64,000 nt of DNA from an uncultured Gemmatimonadales bacterium. GTDB lineage: Bacteria > Gemmatimonadota > Gemmatimonadetes > Longimicrobiales > Gaopeijiaceae. Below the pieces are notes generated by a model. That model did not search any database. It worked only from the letters and a program-made list of their open reading frames with translations, and was not told the DNA's origin. The stretch covers positions 64,001 to 128,000 of the forward strand of contig CAWGKG010000014.1 in NCBI GenBank assembly GCA_963823035.1. Reading direction: 5' to 3'. A program made the position numbers and the translations under genes. Below are positions 9,983-22,519 of the stretch, piece by piece. Within the stretch, counting starts at the first letter, position 1. Every line of letters begins with the position of its first letter.

Positions 9983-10918
9983 TCAGCGTTCCAACTCGGT
10001 CTTCGTTCCCGTTCGCCGGGCCATCACGACGCGCTGGCGTCCCGCCAGGTCACGTCGCACCCGGACGTCGTCGTACCCACCCACCGCCTCCACCGCCGCC
10101 ACCACCTGGCCGGCCTGGCTGGCGCCCACCTCGAGCGCCAACAGCCCACCCGCGCGCAGGAACGGGCCCGCGCCGGCCACGATCGACCGCAGAACCGCCA
10201 GTCCATCCGGACCGCCGAAGAGCGCGCCCGACGGCTCCCAGACCCCGACCTCGGGCTCGAGCCCGGCCGCCTCCGCCTCGGCGACGTACGGCGGATTCGA
10301 GACCACCACGTCGAAGCGCTCGCCCTCGGCGAGCGGCTCGAACAGCGAGCCGTGCCTCAGGTCGATGCGCTCCGCCAGCCCCGCCCCGCGGGCGTTGAGC
10401 GCCGCCACCGCGAGCGCCTCCTCGGAGGCGTCCGTGGCGACGACCCGCGCGAACGGGCCCTCCCGGACCAGCGAGAGCGCGATCGCCCCCGAGCCCGTTC
10501 CCAGATCGACGGCGGTGAGGTCGGCCGGGGCCCGGCCCGCGGCCCACGCCAGCACCTCGTCCACCAGGATCTCGGTCTCGGGGCGCGGCACGAGCACCCG
10601 GGGATCCACCGCCAGCTCCAGCTCCCGGAAGGCGGCCCGTCCGAGAATGTACTGGAGAGGCTCCCGTTCCGCCCGCCGCCGGAGAAGTGGACGGAATCGA
10701 TCCAGCTCCTCGGCCTCGAGCGGGCGGTCGAACTGGAGGTAGAGCTGCAGCCTCGGGATCCCCAACGCGTGGGACAGGAGATGCTCGGCGTCGAGCCGGC
10801 CGCGCTCGACGCCCTTCCCCTCCAGGTACTCGCCGCTCCAGCGCATGAGGCGCAGCACCGTCCAGACCTCGCCGTCGCGTCCACGACCGACCTCGGGAGA
10901 CTGCACGGCCGTGTTCAC
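9983..10918 (-). CDS. prmC: Release factor glutamine methyltransferase PrmC
   Basis: [44 protein letters not shown] start overlaps the prfA stop. Confidence 0.96.
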   Translation of the reverse strand: MNTAVQSPEVGRGRDGEVWTVLRLMRWSGEYLEGKGVERGRLDAEHLLSHALGIPRLQLYLQFDRPLEAEELDRFRPLLRRRAEREPLQYILGRAAFRELELAVDPRVLVPRPETEILVDEVLAWAAGRAPADLTAVDLGTGSGAIALSLVREGPFARVVATDASEEALAVAALNARGAGLAERIDLRHGSLFEPLAEGERFDVVVSNPPYVAEAEAAGLEPEVGVWEPSGALFGGPDGLAVLRSIVAGAGPFLRAGGLLALEVGASQAGQVVAAVEAVGGYDDVRVRRDLAGRQRVVMARRTGTKTELER

Positions 10919-12012
10919 CCGGTCGAGGTCTCCAGCCGCTCCTCCTCCTTGGCGAGGCGCAAGGCCGTGACCAGGTCGTCCAGGTCGCCCTCGAGGACCT
11001 CGCCGAGGGAGTAGAGCGTCAGGCCGATGCGATGGTCCGTCACGCGGTTCTGCGGGAAGTTGTAGGTGCGGATCTTCGCGGAGCGATCGCCCGTGCCCAC
11101 CTGCGTCTTCCGCTCGCGCGCCCGCGCCGCCTCCTGCTCCGCGATCATCCGATCGAGCAGCCGGCTGCGCAGCACCTTGAGCGCTTTCGCCTTGTTCTTG
11201 TGCTGGGACTTCTCGTCCTGACACGACACCACCAGACCCGAGGGAATGTGCGTGATGCGCACCGCCGAGTCGGTCGTGTTCACGGACTGGCCGCCGGGGC
11301 CCGAGGAGCGGAAGACGTCGATGCGCAGGTCGGAGGGATCGATCTCGAGATCGACCTCCTCCGCCTCCGGAAGCACGGCGACCGTGGCCGCCGACGTGTG
11401 GATGCGCCCCTGGCTCTCCGTTTCCGGGACACGCTGCACGCGGTGCACTCCGGACTCGTAGCGCAGCCGTCCGTAGACGCCTCGGCCGCGGACCAGGAAG
11501 ATCGCCTCCTTGATCGAGCCGGGGATCCCCTCGGAGAGGCTCAGCAGCTCCGTGGACCACCCCTGGCGCTCGGCCAGGTGCTCGTACATCCGCATCAGGT
11601 CGGCCGCGAACAACCCGGCCTCGTCCCCTCCCGTGCCGGCGCGCACCTCGACCACCGCCGCCCGGTCCTCGAGCGGATCGTGGGGGATGAGGAGCTCCCG
11701 TGCCCGCGCGGAGAGCGTCTCGATGCGCTCCCCGAGGCCGGTGACCTCCTCCTCCGCCATGGTGCGCATCTCGTCGTCGTCCGTCTCGTCGACGAGCTGG
11801 GTGGCGCCGCGGTGCTCGGAAAGCGCGGCGCGCAGCTCGTGGGCGACGGTGACGATGGGCTCGAGGCGGGCGCGCTCCTGGCCCAGCTCACGGAGCTGTT
11901 CGGGGTGTTCGAAGACCTCCGAGCTGGCGAGCGCCTCGTCGACCTCCACGAAGCGGACCTCCGCCTCGCGCAGACGCTGGTCGAGCCTGGGATCCAGTTC
12001 GGGGGTCTTCAT
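10915..12012 (-). CDS. prfA: Peptide chain release factor 1
   Basis: [21 protein letters not shown] (PxT anticodon motif), [22 protein letters not shown]. Confidence 0.98.
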   Translation of the reverse strand: MKTPELDPRLDQRLREAEVRFVEVDEALASSEVFEHPEQLRELGQERARLEPIVTVAHELRAALSEHRGATQLVDETDDDEMRTMAEEEVTGLGERIETLSARARELLIPHDPLEDRAAVVEVRAGTGGDEAGLFAADLMRMYEHLAERQGWSTELLSLSEGIPGSIKEAIFLVRGRGVYGRLRYESGVHRVQRVPETESQGRIHTSAATVAVLPEAEEVDLEIDPSDLRIDVFRSSGPGGQSVNTTDSAVRITHIPSGLVVSCQDEKSQHKNKAKALKVLRSRLLDRMIAEQEAARARERKTQVGTGDRSAKIRTYNFPQNRVTDHRIGLTLYSLGEVLEGDLDDLVTALRLAKEEERLETSTG

Positions 12013-12090
12013 CGGAGGGCCACGGCCGGGGCGGCCGGGGGGCGCTCGGGGACGTGTGCGGGCGGCCGGGCCGAAGCCCGGCCGCGCGCG

Positions 12091-12297
12091 TCACTTGCCG
12101 ACCTTCTCGTACTTCTTCTTGAAGCGGTCGACCCGCCCGGCGGTATCGACGAGACGCTGCCTGCCGGTGTAGAAGGGATGGCACACCGAGCAGATCTCGA
12201 TGTGGACCTCCTCCTGCGTCGACATCGTCTCGAAGCGGTTCCCGCAGGCGCAGACGACCGTCGCCGGCTTGTAGTCGGGATGGATGCCCTGCTTCAT
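12091..12297 (-). CDS. rpmE: 50S ribosomal protein L31 (Zn-ribbon type)
   Basis: [34 protein letters not shown]. Confidence 0.97.
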   Translation of the reverse strand: MKQGIHPDYKPATVVCACGNRFETMSTQEEVHIEICSVCHPFYTGRQRLVDTAGRVDRFKKKYEKVGK

Positions 12298-12423
12298 ATC
12301 CAGCTCCACGTTGCCGAAGTGGAACGGGCCCGGCGCCCTCGGAAAGCGGCCCCTGGCCCGGCGTTGCGAACGGATGGCGAAGGCGGGACGTCCGTGGTCC
12401 CCCGCCTCCACAGCCTGGGAAAC

Positions 12424-14052
12424 CTAATGTCGAGGCCGCGCCGGGTCCAGGGAGTCCGGCAACGGGTAGCGACGGCCCAACCGCCACGCCACGAGCACCA
12501 GGAGGAGGGCGGCTGCGGCCGAGCCGTTGCCCAGGAGATCGCCGTAGCGCGTGTAGAAGGTCACGACGTCCGTGGTGTAGACCCGGCTCACGCGCACGTC
12601 CGCCCGGAAGAGCGGGGTGGCGTCGTAGACCCTTCCCACCGGGTCGACGAACATCGAGATCCCGGTGTTCGCCGCGCGCGCCACGCCCATGCGGTTCTCG
12701 ATCGCGCGCATGACCATGTGCGCGGGATGCTGCCAGAGCGCGGTGGTGCGGGCGTACCACGGCTCGCGGCCGTACCAGGCGTCGTTGGTGATGTTCACCA
12801 GCACGTCCGCGCCCTCCCGGCGGAAGCTGCGGGCGCCCTGCGGATACGTCGACTCGTAGCAGATGAGCGGCGCGTACGCCGTCTCGTCGACGCGCGCGAG
12901 CGGCCACCCCTGACCCACGCCGAAGCCGCCCAGGTAGCGGAAGCGGCGGATCCAGCGCTCCGGCAGCCACGGCACACGCTCCACGAAGGGTACCAGATAG
13001 CGCTTGTCGTACTGGTAGTCGGTGAGCCCTTGCGGCCTCATCAGGAAGGCGGCGTTGTAGGGGACGTAGTGGTTGTCGACCGGCTCCGCGCCCAGGGACC
13101 CGAAGAGGACCGGCGCGCCCACTTCCCGCGACCAGGCCTGCAGACGCGTCTCGATCTCGTCCGCGCGGGGGTAGCCGGGGATCGTGAGGTACGCCGGGAA
13201 CGTCACCTCCGGCATGACGACCAGGTCCACCGAGCCGGGCGTGATGCGAGGCATCAGCCGATCGAGCGACGCGAACGTGCTGTCGAGCGCCTCGTCGCCG
13301 GCCATCTTCAGGTCCTCGCGGATGTTGGGCTGGACCACCGCGACGCGACCCGCCTCCCTGAGCTCGAGGGTTCCGGCACGCCACACGCCCCACCCGGCGG
13401 GCAGCACCACCGCGAGCACCGTCGCCGCCAGGAGCGGCCACTGCCGACCGCGCGCGCGCCAGCGCAGCAGGAGCGTCGCCAGGAGGCCGTTCACGAGCAC
13501 CAGCCAGAAGGTGACGCCGCGCGACCCCACGATCTCGGCAATGCCGACGAGGCGTGGAAAGCCGGTCAGCGACGAGCCGAGACCGAGCCAGGGAAAGGCG
13601 ATCGGGCCCGGCAGGTGCGCCCGGGACCACTCGATCGCGGTCCAGGCGACGGGCAGCGCCAGCCAGAGAGGTGCCCGTACCTCGTGGACGGCGCGGTGCA
13701 GCATCCATCCCAGCAGCGCCGAGAAGCCCATGAGGGCGACGATCGTGCCGACGTACGCGACGACCGCGAGCCAGGTGAACCAGATGAGCGCGATCAGGAT
13801 CCAGTAGAAGACGATGCCGAAATACAGCATCCCGAAGAGCATGCTGCCGCGCATCACGGCGCGCCGGCCCTCGCGGTCGGCCGGAAGCGTGGCCACCCAG
13901 ATCGCGTAGGGCACGAGCCCCACGAACGGAAGGAGCAGAGGGTGCAGAGGCGGGAAGCACGCGGCCAGCAGCAGCGCCGACACCGTCGGCAGAACCCGCT
14001 CGCCGGGCCGCGGCCAGAGCGATCGGACCAGCGCCCGGCCCCGTGCGGCTAT
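12424..14052 (-). CDS. lnt: Apolipoprotein N-acyltransferase (start GTG 13983 or possibly ATA 14052)
   Basis: Multiple TM helices, FPWLGLG, VQPNI, MPE, YDKRYLVPFVE, ICYES, NITNDAWYG, RAIENR, ANTGISM. Confidence 0.95.
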   Translation of the reverse strand: MAARGRALVRSLWPRPGERVLPTVSALLLAACFPPLHPLLLPFVGLVPYAIWVATLPADREGRRAVMRGSMLFGMLYFGIVFYWILIALIWFTWLAVVAYVGTIVALMGFSALLGWMLHRAVHEVRAPLWLALPVAWTAIEWSRAHLPGPIAFPWLGLGSSLTGFPRLVGIAEIVGSRGVTFWLVLVNGLLATLLLRWRARGRQWPLLAATVLAVVLPAGWGVWRAGTLELREAGRVAVVQPNIREDLKMAGDEALDSTFASLDRLMPRITPGSVDLVVMPEVTFPAYLTIPGYPRADEIETRLQAWSREVGAPVLFGSLGAEPVDNHYVPYNAAFLMRPQGLTDYQYDKRYLVPFVERVPWLPERWIRRFRYLGGFGVGQGWPLARVDETAYAPLICYESTYPQGARSFRREGADVLVNITNDAWYGREPWYARTTALWQHPAHMVMRAIENRMGVARAANTGISMFVDPVGRVYDATPLFRADVRVSRVYTTDVVTFYTRYGDLLGNGSAAAALLLVLVAWRLGRRYPLPDSLDPARPRH

Positions 14053-15066
14053 GGTGCCACCTCCCGCCGTTCCTCCGCGGCCCGGTAGGCCATCTCGATC
14101 AGGTGCATGAGCGCCACCTGGTCCGTGGGCAACTCCGCCTCGGCCTCCCCGGACACCGCCCGCACGAAATGATCGAGCTGGCGCCGATAGGCGTTCGTGT
14201 AGGCGTTCTCACCCCCTCGGGGGCGTGGCTGGCGCGGTGTGACCTCGAGCGGACGGCCCCCCAGCTGCTTGTAGATCTCGAGCGGAGGGAGCGAGGCCGA
14301 GCCCTCCGTACCCATGACGCGAGCGTAGTACCGGTCGGCTGCCCGCGAAGAGGCGCGAGCTCACCTCGAGCGTGAAGGCGACGCCGCCCTCGGTCTCGAA
14401 CATGACGGTAGCCGCGTCCTCGACCTCGAAGTCCCCGTGCGTGGTCACGCAGCTCACGCGCCGTACCTCCGGATAGCCGACCATCCACAGGCAGAGGTCC
14501 AGCGCCGGCACGCCCAACTCCATCAGCGCGCCGCCCCCGGCTTCCTCCGGACTCTGCCGCCAGGTGGGACGCATGACCGGCACCCGGCGGGTCAGCCAGC
14601 TGCCGCGCAACGCGTAGATGTCGCCCATCTCCCCACCGGCCACGAAGCTGTGCAGCGCCGTCACGTCCGCCCGGAAGCGCTGCGGCTGCCCGACGACCAG
14701 GACCCGGCCCGTGGCGCGCGCGGCCTCCACGACCCGGGCGGCGCCCTTCGCGGTGGTGGCGATCGGGCGCTCCACGAAGACGTGCTTGCCCGCCTCGAGC
14801 GCCGCGACGGCCATCTCCTCGTGCGCGCCGTTGGGCGTGCACAGGACGAGCGCGTCCACGTCGTCGCGGCGGAGCACCTCGTCGGGCCCGAGCGCATCCG
14901 GCACGCCGAGGCGTCCCGCGATGGTGCGCGCCTTGGCGAGGTCGACGTCCGAGAGCACGGCCAGGTCGACGTCCTCGCGCTCGGCGAGGATCGGCACGTG
15001 CATGACCTGGCTGATCGCGCCCGTGCCCACCACGGCGAACCTGGGCGCCGTCCCGGTCGGGTTCAT
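14049..15066 (-). CDS. Gfo/Idh/MocA family oxidoreductase; frameshift near 14335
   Basis: [35 protein letters not shown]; the C-terminus is in ORF 14049..14315. Confidence 0.9.
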
Positions 15067-15753
15067 CGCGAGCGCTCCTCCCCCGGTGCGGACGGGCCGA
15101 GCATGAACTGCACGCCGAAGCGGACCCCGAAGTACTGCAGGTCGCCCATCACCTCGTAGCGGGCCTGCCCGGTGAGGCGCAGCTTCGGCCACACCGGGTA
15201 CTCGGCGCCGCCGTGCAGGTTGAAGCCCGCGGTGACGGAGTCCAGGAGGTCCTCGACGAAGGTGCCGTTGATCGCCGTGCCGTTGCCGTTCAGGAGGTGG
15301 ACGGCGGCGCCGGCGCCGAGGAACGTCAGGACGTCGTAGGGCACGCGCCAGACGATCTGGCCGTCGAGGGAGAGCGCGATGTCGCTCCAGTCGATGCGTC
15401 CCAGATCCACGGTCGGGGCGGGCCCGTCCGTCTGCGAGACGATGAGCGAGGCCACGCGCTCTTCGAGCGCACGGATCTCGCCGGCCTTGAAGTCCGACTT
15501 CCAGTACGTGAGGCCGGGCAAGATGCGCAGACCGGGCCCGAGATAGCCGAGGTCCATGCGGATGCCGAACGGTCTGGGTCGGCTCCACGCGGCTGGGCCA
15601 GATGTAGCCCCACTCCGGGGCGAATCCGCGGAACGACAGGTTCTCGTAGTCGAAGTCGGCCAGCCCCTGCGCCGACGCCGCGTTCGGCGTGACCAGGGCG
15701 ACCGTCGCGGCCACGGCCAGCATTGCGCTCCAACGATCCATCCGCATCCTCAC
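15063..15753 (-). CDS. Outer-membrane beta-barrel protein; frameshift near 15565
   Basis: Signal peptide (ASA|QGL), alternating beta-strands, C-terminal [10 protein letters not shown]. Confidence 0.7.
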
Positions 15754-17245
15754 CGTCGCACCTCCGCCACCAGGTCGTAGTCCAGAGCGTCCACGATCTC
15801 CACCTGCACCATGTCTCCGGGCGTGAGCCCCTCGGCTCCGCGCAGGTTCGTCACACCGTCCACGTCGAGGGCCTGCGCAGCGGTCCTCGCCACCGCGCCG
15901 AACTCCGGATCGTCGTGCACGATCCGGTCCACGAGCGCGAGGGCGCGGCGTCCCACCAGGTCGAGGTTCTTTTCGAAGGAGATGCCCCGCTGGAGCTCCA
16001 TCAGGCGCTCGAGCCGCTCCGTCTTCTCCTCCTCGTCGAGCTGGCCCTCCATCTCGGCCGCGCGCGTGCCCTCCTCCAGGGAGTACGTGAAGCCGCCCAC
16101 GCGGTCGAACTCGATCTCCTCGAGGAGGTCGAGCATCGCCTGGAAGTCCTCCTCGGTCTCGCCCGGGAAGCCCACGATCACCGTGGTCCGCAGCGTCAGG
16201 TCGGGCACGGCGTCCCTCAGCCACGCCACACGCTCCGTGATCGTGCGCCGGCGCTCCGGCCGGCGCATGCGTCGGAGCATGCGGTCGCTGCCGTGCTGGA
16301 TGGGCATGTCCAGATACGGGAGGATGCGCGGTTCGGTCGCGAGCAGCTCCACCATCTCCCGCGTGATCCCCGACGGGTACATGTAGAACAGCCGGTACCA
16401 CGGCACGTCGGTGCCGTCGAGGAGCGCGCGCAGCAGGTCCGGCAGCAGCGGTGCGTCCTTCCCCGGACGGGGCGCCGGCGCCCCGTGGCCGCCCCCTGCG
16501 CAGATCGCGGCCGTACCACGTCGTGTCCTGCGAGACGATGTTGATCTCGCGCACGCCCTGCGCCCCCAGGCCGGCGGCCTCGCGCACCAGCTCGGCGACC
16601 GGCTGCGACCTGTGGAGGCCGCGCATGAGTGGGATCGCACAGAAAGCGCAGGTGTGGTCGCACCCCTCGCTGATCTTGAGGTACGAGGTGTGCGGCGTCT
16701 CGCTGGACAGGATCCGCAGCGGCCGCTCCATCGTGGGAATCACCTCGTCCGGCTCGGGCAGCAGCCCCCGGCTACGGAGCGCGGGCACCAACCCCTGCGA
16801 GCTCGGTGAGCCCCATGAAGAGGTCGACCTCGGGGATCTCGGCCCGCATCTCGGCACCGTGACGCTCCACCATGCACCCCACGGCGACCACGGCCTTGAG
16901 CGCCCCGTCTTCCTTGAGCTGGCAAGCCTCGAGGATCGTCTCGATCGACTGCTCCTTGGCCGCCTGGATGAAGCCGCACGTGTTGACGATCACGACATCG
17001 GCGCCCTCGACCTCCGAGGATACGCGGGCGCCGTGACCCACCAGGGCGGCCATCATGCGCTCGGAGTCGACCGTGTTCTTGTCGCAGCCGAGCGTGACGA
17101 GCGCGATGCGCGGTCCGCCACCCGCGCCTCTGGGCTCGATGTGCAGGCGCACGGCCTCGGCGTCCGCGGGCACGTCCGGGCGCACGGGACCCGTGGTTGC
17201 CCACGGGTCGATGGGAAAGACGGGAAGGTCACGGATACGCGCCAT
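15750..17245 (-). CDS. rimO: Ribosomal protein S12 methylthiotransferase RimO; frameshifts near 16500 and 16790
   Basis: [55 protein letters not shown] and a TRAM domain, across three frames. Confidence 0.93.
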
Positions 17246-17276
17246 CAGCGGCCGGCCTCCGCGGTCGCGAGGAGCG

Positions 17277-17954
17277 TCATCGAGAGATGACTTGCGCCCC
17301 CGGGGGCGGCGTGAAGGTGAACCATCCGTCGGGGACCTTCGCGTCGAGCGTCACGTTCGAGAGCTCGAGCGTACGCACCGACTCGTTCTCCTCCTCGATC
17401 TTCACGCGGCGCAGGAGATGGTCGCTCCCGTCGATCCAAACCTCGGCGGCCACGTAGGACGTCGCATCCTTCGGCACGAGGAGGATGTGGTGCGTGTCGC
17501 GGCCGCCGATCCGCTCGATCCCCGCATAGGAGATGCGGTACTTCTCGGCGGGTCGCTCGAGGAACTCGCGGTGGAGGTCGAACCCGCCCGGGGCGTCGGC
17601 CACCGGGAGCCGGAGGACCGTCTTCGGGTCGGCGCTCTTGTAGTAGATCCAGACGTAGGTGCCGTCCATGACCACCACGTCCCCCGCGGGGTCGTCGAAG
17701 CGCATCGTGAAGCGGTCGGGCTGAGCCTGGCACAGCCGCCCCTTCCCGTGGTTCTCCTGCGAGAGCAGGGGCACGCTGAGCGTCTGCACGAAGTCGGCGC
17801 ACACGGTCGAGGCCGCCTCGTAGCGGGCCGACGCGGCCTCCAGGATCGAGAGCGCCCGCCCCTCCTGGCCCGCGGCGGCGACCGGGAGCGCTCCCAGGGC
17901 CAGCGCGGCGAGCTCGAACCCGCCCAGTCGGCGACGACGTACGCGCCCGCTCAC
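17277..17954 (-). CDS. lolA: Outer-membrane lipoprotein carrier protein LolA
   Basis: Signal peptide, ADFVQT, QPDRFTMRFDDP, DGTYVWIY, FTFTPPPGAQVI; directly downstream of ftsK. Confidence 0.88.
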   Translation of the reverse strand: MSGRVRRRRLGGFELAALALGALPVAAAGQEGRALSILEAASARYEAASTVCADFVQTLSVPLLSQENHGKGRLCQAQPDRFTMRFDDPAGDVVVMDGTYVWIYYKSADPKTVLRLPVADAPGGFDLHREFLERPAEKYRISYAGIERIGGRDTHHILLVPKDATSYVAAEVWIDGSDHLLRRVKIEEENESVRTLELSNVTLDAKVPDGWFTFTPPPGAQVISR

Positions 17955-20335
17955 TGACCACCTCCGTTCAGCATCATCTCCAGCTCCTCGAGGCCCATCA
18001 GCACCTCCCGCCCCTTCGCGCCCTCGGACGGGCCGAGCACACCGGCGTCCTGGAGCTGGTCCACGATGCGCGCGGCCCGCCCGTACCCGATGCTCAGGCG
18101 CCGCTGCAGAAGGGAGGTCGAGCCTCCCTGGTTCTGGATACACACCTCGGCCGCGGCCTTGAACAGCTCGTCCCAGTCCCCGGCGATGGCCTCCACCGCG
18201 TCCTCCACCGACATCAGCTCCGCCGTGCGCACCTCTTCGAGGATGTCCGGCTCCAGCACGCCCACCACGGGCGGCGGCTCGCCGGCCTCCACGTGAAGCT
18301 CCTGCAGCTCCCGGTACCAGTGCATGAGCCGTTCCGTGTCCTCCGTCGGGAGGTAGGCCCCCTGGATGCGCACCGGCTCGCTCTGCCCCGGCGGGAGGAA
18401 AAGCATGTCTCCGTTGCCGAGGAGCGCGTCCGCCCCGTTCTGGTCGAGGATGGTGCGCGAGTCGGTCTTGGACGCGACCCGGAAGGCCATCCGTGTGGGG
18501 AAGTTCGCCTTGATCAGGCCGGTGATGACGTTCACCGACGGCCGCTGCGTGGCCACGATGAGGTGGATGCCGATCGCGCGCGCCTTCTGGGCGAGCTGCG
18601 TGAGCGGCTTCTCCACCTCGCTCTGCACGGTCATCATGAGATCTGCCAACTCGTCCACCACCACCACGATGTAGGGCAGGACGCCGTCGCTGTAGATCCA
18701 GCGATCCTCGTCTCCTTCGGGGCCCACGGGCTCGAAGCGCCGGACGAGGACCTCGTCCTTCACCTTCCGGTTGAACTCCTGGATCGAGCGGACGTGGTTG
18801 GCCTTCAGGAGCCCGTAGCGCCGCTCCATCTCCAGCACGGCCCACTTGAGTACACCGGCGGCGTCGCGAGGGTCGGTCACGACGTTGTGGCGCAGGTGCG
18901 GGAGGCGGGAGTAGACGGACAGCTCGACCATCTTCGGGTCGATCATCAGGAGGCGCATCGTCTCCGGCGTGTGCTTGTAGACCAGGCTGGTGACGATCGT
19001 GTTCAGGCAGACGGACTTCCCCGAGCCGGTAGCGCCGGCGATGAGCACGTGGGGCATCTTCGCGAGGTTGGCCACGTACGGGCGTCCGTTCAGGTCCTTC
19101 CCCAGCGCGAGCGGCAGCTCCCCCTTCGCGTTCTGGAAGGCGGACGTCTCCAGGATCTCGCGCAGGTTGACGATCTCGGGCTGCGGGTTCGGGATCTCGA
19201 CGCCCACCGCCCCCTTGCCCGGGATCGGCGCCACGATGCGCACGCTCGAGGCCTTCATCGCGAGCGCGAGATCGGCGTCCAGGTTGGCGATCCGGTTCAC
19301 CTTCACGCCGGGCGCCGGGATCACCTCGAACTGCGTGACCATCGGACCGGTGGTCCGGCCGCCCAGCTCGCACTGCACGTTGAAGGTGCCGAGCTTCTCG
19401 ACGAGGATGCGCCCGAGCTCGTCGAGCTGGCGCTCCATGCTGGCCCGGTCCACCTCCTGCGGCGCGTCGAGGAGGTTCACCGGGGGAAGGAGGAGGTCGG
19501 AGTCCTCGCCGGGGGCCCGCGGGTCCGGGAGCCCGGAGCCGTCCTCGGCGAAGTCGACACCAGGCAACGCGCCCGCAGCTCCGGAGGCGGCCTCGGCCTC
19601 CTTCTTCCGCTTCCGACCCTTCCGCCCCGTCGGGGGCGGCGGAGGCACATCGGGCTCGGGCTCGGGGAAGGCCGGGTCCTTCGTCGCCGTCGCCGGCTCG
19701 TCGACGGCCTCGACGAACGGCGTCTCCTCGAGCGGCGGCGCGGGCTCGGCCTCCGCGCGACGCTGGGCCCGTTCGATCGCGGCCAGCCGGCGCTTCTCGT
19801 TCAGGGTGCGCGCGGTGCGCCCTGCGACCTCGCTCCCGGCCACCACGCCCCGCCCTACCGAGCGCAACGGGTTCCACCCCAGCGTCCCGACGGAGAGCGC
19901 CACGAAGCCCACGAAGCTCAGCAGCGCACCGCCCAACACACCCACCAGCCCCACGAGCGGCTCGCCCAGGTGCATGCCCAGCCACCCTGCCGCCGACGGC
20001 TCGGCGCTCACCACCCACACGGTGAGCGGAATCAGGATCAGCAGCCCCGCCGTGAGCAGGGCGAACCGGAGGGAGCGCTCCTTGCCCATCCACCCGCCGA
20101 TGCGCAGCCCGGCGAGCGCGAGGAGGGGCGGCACCAGGAAGGCGCTTCCGCCGAAGAAGGCGTGCAGGAGCGCCCGCAGGGTGCCGCCCACGACGCCCAT
20201 CGCGTTGCCCGAGGGGAACCACTCGAAGGCACGCTCGCCGAGGATGGTCACCGGGACGAGCGAAACGAGCACGAAGAGCGCGAGGGCCAGCAGGCCCACG
20301 GCAAGGATCTCGCGTTGCTGCTCCCGCGTCACCAT
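17951..20335 (-). CDS. ftsK: DNA translocase FtsK
   Basis: N-terminal TM domain, [40 protein letters not shown], gamma domain [18 protein letters not shown]. Confidence 0.97.
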   Translation of the reverse strand: MVTREQQREILAVGLLALALFVLVSLVPVTILGERAFEWFPSGNAMGVVGGTLRALLHAFFGGSAFLVPPLLALAGLRIGGWMGKERSLRFALLTAGLLILIPLTVWVVSAEPSAAGWLGMHLGEPLVGLVGVLGGALLSFVGFVALSVGTLGWNPLRSVGRGVVAGSEVAGRTARTLNEKRRLAAIERAQRRAEAEPAPPLEETPFVEAVDEPATATKDPAFPEPEPDVPPPPPTGRKGRKRKKEAEAASGAAGALPGVDFAEDGSGLPDPRAPGEDSDLLLPPVNLLDAPQEVDRASMERQLDELGRILVEKLGTFNVQCELGGRTTGPMVTQFEVIPAPGVKVNRIANLDADLALAMKASSVRIVAPIPGKGAVGVEIPNPQPEIVNLREILETSAFQNAKGELPLALGKDLNGRPYVANLAKMPHVLIAGATGSGKSVCLNTIVTSLVYKHTPETMRLLMIDPKMVELSVYSRLPHLRHNVVTDPRDAAGVLKWAVLEMERRYGLLKANHVRSIQEFNRKVKDEVLVRRFEPVGPEGDEDRWIYSDGVLPYIVVVVDELADLMMTVQSEVEKPLTQLAQKARAIGIHLIVATQRPSVNVITGLIKANFPTRMAFRVASKTDSRTILDQNGADALLGNGDMLFLPPGQSEPVRIQGAYLPTEDTERLMHWYRELQELHVEAGEPPPVVGVLEPDILEEVRTAELMSVEDAVEAIAGDWDELFKAAAEVCIQNQGGSTSLLQRRLSIGYGRAARIVDQLQDAGVLGPSEGAKGREVLMGLEELEMMLNGGGQ

Positions 20336-20345
20336 CGCGCTCCCG

Positions 20346-21066
20346 TCACCCTCGCGCCGCGACCAGCGCCCTGTCCCGCATCTCGACGACGATCGCGTGC
20401 CGGTCCACGTGTCCGCATACCTCGAGGTCGGCATCGAGGCCGATGGTGGCCAGGGCACGGCCCGCCTCCGTGCCCGCGAGGAAGCCCGGGCCAGCCTCGA
20501 TCGCCCCGCCCAGGGCGAGGACGGCGCGCGTGGCGTCGTTGTGGGCCGACTCTTCGGCGTCGACACCCAGGCGCTTGAGGAGGTGGCCGGCGCAGACCGC
20601 GTCGTCGAGGGAGAAGCGCCCCATCCGGCCCGCACACAGCACCACGAGCTCCTCCTCGTCCCGCACCGAATCGGCCACGGCGCCCAGGTTCGTGAACGCG
20701 CAAGCGATCACCCGGCCGGCCTCCTGCACGGCGGCGAGCGCCACCGTGCCGTTCGTGGTGCTCATGACGAGGCGCTTGCCCTCCACGACCGTCACGCGCG
20801 AACTCCGAGGGCGAGTTTCCCAGATCGAACCCCTCGACCTTCACGCCCTTGCGCTCTCCGCACAGCAGGGTGTCGTCGCGCCCCAGCGACGACATCAGCT
20901 TCACGGCCTCCTCCGTGGAAGCCGTCGGATAGATCGCGCGGGCCCCGTTGGCCAGGGCCTCCACGATGCTCGTCGTAGCTCGCACGACGTCGATCACCAC
21001 CACGACCGCCTCGGCGAGGAGGGCCGGATCGACCTCGGACACGTTCAGGTAGACGCGCGCGTTCAC
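20346..21066 (-). CDS. comB: 2-phosphosulfolactate phosphatase (ComB family); frameshift near 20795
   Basis: [47 protein letters not shown]. Confidence 0.9.
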
Positions 21067-22422
21067 CCCCCCGCCCTCCGACATCATGCGGGCGACGAAG
21101 CCGGTGTCGACGTCGCCCGCCAGGAATCGCTCGTCGTCCACGATCCGCCTCAGGAAGGGGATCGTGGTCGGCACACCCTCGATGATGAACTGGTCCAGCA
21201 CGTGGCGGGCGCGCACCACCGCCTCGTCCCGCGTGCCGCCGTGCACGATCAGCTTGGCGAGCAGCGAGTCGTAGTTCGGTGGAACGCGGTAGCCCGTGTA
21301 CACGTGCGTGTCCAGCCGTACGCCCGGCCCTCCGGGGGGGTGGAAGGTCGTGATCGTACCCGGTCCCGGCGCGAAGTTGCGGTCCGGGTCCTCCGCATTG
21401 ATGCGGAACTCGATCGCGTGCCCGCGGTGGCGCACCGGCTCCCCGTTGTCCGGGAAGCTGAGCGGCTCACCGGCGGCGACGCGGATCTGCTCCTTGACCA
21501 GGTCGAAGCCCGTGGTCACCTCCGTGACGGGGTGCTCGACCTGGATGCGCGTGTTCATCTCCATGAAGTAGAACGAGCCGTCCTGGTCGAGGAGGAACTC
21601 GATCGTACCCGCGCCCACGTATTCGATCGTCTTCGCGGCGCGCACGGCGGCCTCGCCCATCTCGGCGCGCAGCGCCGGCGTCAGCGCCGGAGACGGAGCC
21701 TCCTCCAGCAGCTTCTGGTGGCGACGCTGGATCGAGCAGTCCCGCTCCCCGAGGTGCATGATCCGACCCTGCTTGTCTCCGAAGATCTGGAACTCGACGT
21801 GCCGCGGCCTCAGGATGCACCGCTCCAGATACACGCTCGAATCCCCGAAGGCCGCCTTGGCCTCGTTCTGCGCCGCGGTGAGGAGCTTCGCGAACGAGTC
21901 GGCGTCCGGAGCGATGCGCATCCCCTTCCCGCCCCCGCCCGCCGATGCCTTGATCATGATCGGGAAGCCGATCTCCCCGGCCACGCGGCGGGCTTCATCC
22001 ATCTCCTCGACGATGCCTTCGGAGCCCGGGACGGTCGGCACGCCGACGTTCATCATCGTGCGCCGCGCCGTGGCCTTGTCGCCCATGGCGCGGATCTGCG
22101 CGGGGGTCGGGCCGATGAAGACGATCCCCGAGCGCGCGCAGATCTCGCTGAACTCGGCGTTCTCCGCGAGGAAGCCGTAGCCCGGGTGGATGGCCTCGGC
22201 GCCCGTGACCTCGGCGGCGGCGATGATGCGGGGGATGTTGAGGTAGCTCTCCGCGGCGGGCGGCCTGCCGATGCAGACGTCCTCGTCCGCAAAGCGTACG
22301 TGGAGCGACTCGCGATCCGCCTCCGAGTACACCGCCACCGTCTGGATGCCGAGCTCGTGGCAGGCGCGGATGATGCGCAGCGCGATCTCGCCGCGGTTGG
22401 CGATCAGGACCTTCTGGAACAC
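21063..22422 (-). CDS. accC: Acetyl-CoA carboxylase biotin carboxylase subunit (reads into comB as assembled)
   Basis: [62 protein letters not shown]. Confidence 0.97.
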
Positions 22423-22519
22423 GGATCTCTCTCCATCGTCGAAGCGCGCGGGACTCCTGAGTGTCTGGCACCGCCGGCCGCGCGCGGTCGGCTCGTCCGT
22501 GCGTCCCTCGGGGCCCCGG

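Noticed and set aside
11032..14088. Long plus-strand ORFs (e.g. 11032..14088, 18293..20578, 55406..58075, 57859..60078)
   Set aside because: Antisense shadows of well-identified minus-strand genes, caused by high GC3 and few stops; the translations show no family motifs.
14209..16857. 882-aa ORF as a RimO-OMP-oxidoreductase fusion
   Set aside because: Chimera of three separate genes produced by frameshift errors.
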